Part shown: piece by piece, positions 63,801-64,000 of the stretch | How positions within the stretch are numbered: position 1 is the stretch's first letter | Layout of the letters: each line of letters opens with the position of its first letter | Assembly (NCBI RefSeq): GCF_001194135.2 | Contig: NC_068988.1 | Coordinates: 51,437,773-51,501,772, forward strand | Direction: 5' to 3' | Source: Octopus bimaculoides | Taxonomy: Eukaryota | Length of the DNA: 64,000 nt | The notes under the pieces: model-generated | Databases searched by the model: none | The model's input: only the letters and a program-made list of their open reading frames with translations | What the model was told of the DNA's origin: nothing | Program-made: the position numbers and the translations under genes

Positions 63801-64000
63801 ATTGCATTAGATCTGATCTTGCATCTTGTTCCAGGGCTGACGACCCCATGACAGCTTAGCTTTTTGAACTGATCTCACATCTTCACTGAAGTACAACATT
63901 GCTGTATCAGCTATGAGATCATTTTAGATTTTCACTAGAAAATGACACTAATCACCCACCACCATGACAGACATCTATGGAGTTGTCCATTTCTTTGTCT

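Larger units (their letters stand above)
1..64000 (+). other. RNF220: Intron-dominated part of the RNF220-like locus (introns >32.1 kb, 17.7 kb, 8.2 kb, >5.7 kb)
   Basis: Derived from the three phase-compatible exons. No upstream or downstream coding exon was recognised, so the extension to the window edges is inference. Confidence 0.7.

Overview
This is AT-rich, CpG-depleted eukaryotic DNA from a draft assembly, with 8 N-gaps totalling about 1.9 kb. It is not prokaryotic. I infer an octopus/coleoid genome from the repeat families, but did not verify this. The window is almost all intron of one plus-strand gene, an RNF220-like E3 ubiquitin ligase. Three short coding exons (32104-32230, 49974-50016, 58215-58295) splice in frame to ...QRRRNILDGQTPCCPVCGLTLRAGEFEAHLALEIDKIEKLSRVNRRSRESTLQNRKNLICQNPLGRKGKDSPTIEAASQQRYE... 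The start and the RING-encoding end lie outside the window. The introns hold at least four SINE families, decayed RTE and R4/Dong LINE ends, a Tc1/mariner (maT-like) transposase relic, MITEs and microsatellites. Nearly all ORFs in the supplied track are artefacts of these repeats or of the gaps. Leads worth following: (1) two neighbouring palindromic elements (8847-8976, 9726-10031) carrying hammerhead-ribozyme-like cores of the Penelope type, with the host-sense copy the more damaged one in both; (2) a strong AG|GTAAGT recursive-splice-like site at 61634/61635; (3) several candidate micro- or poison exons; (4) visible LINE-SINE tail sharing and R4 insertion into SINE-derived (TAA)n tails. All of these come from reading by eye. 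None has been checked by alignment, folding or expression data.
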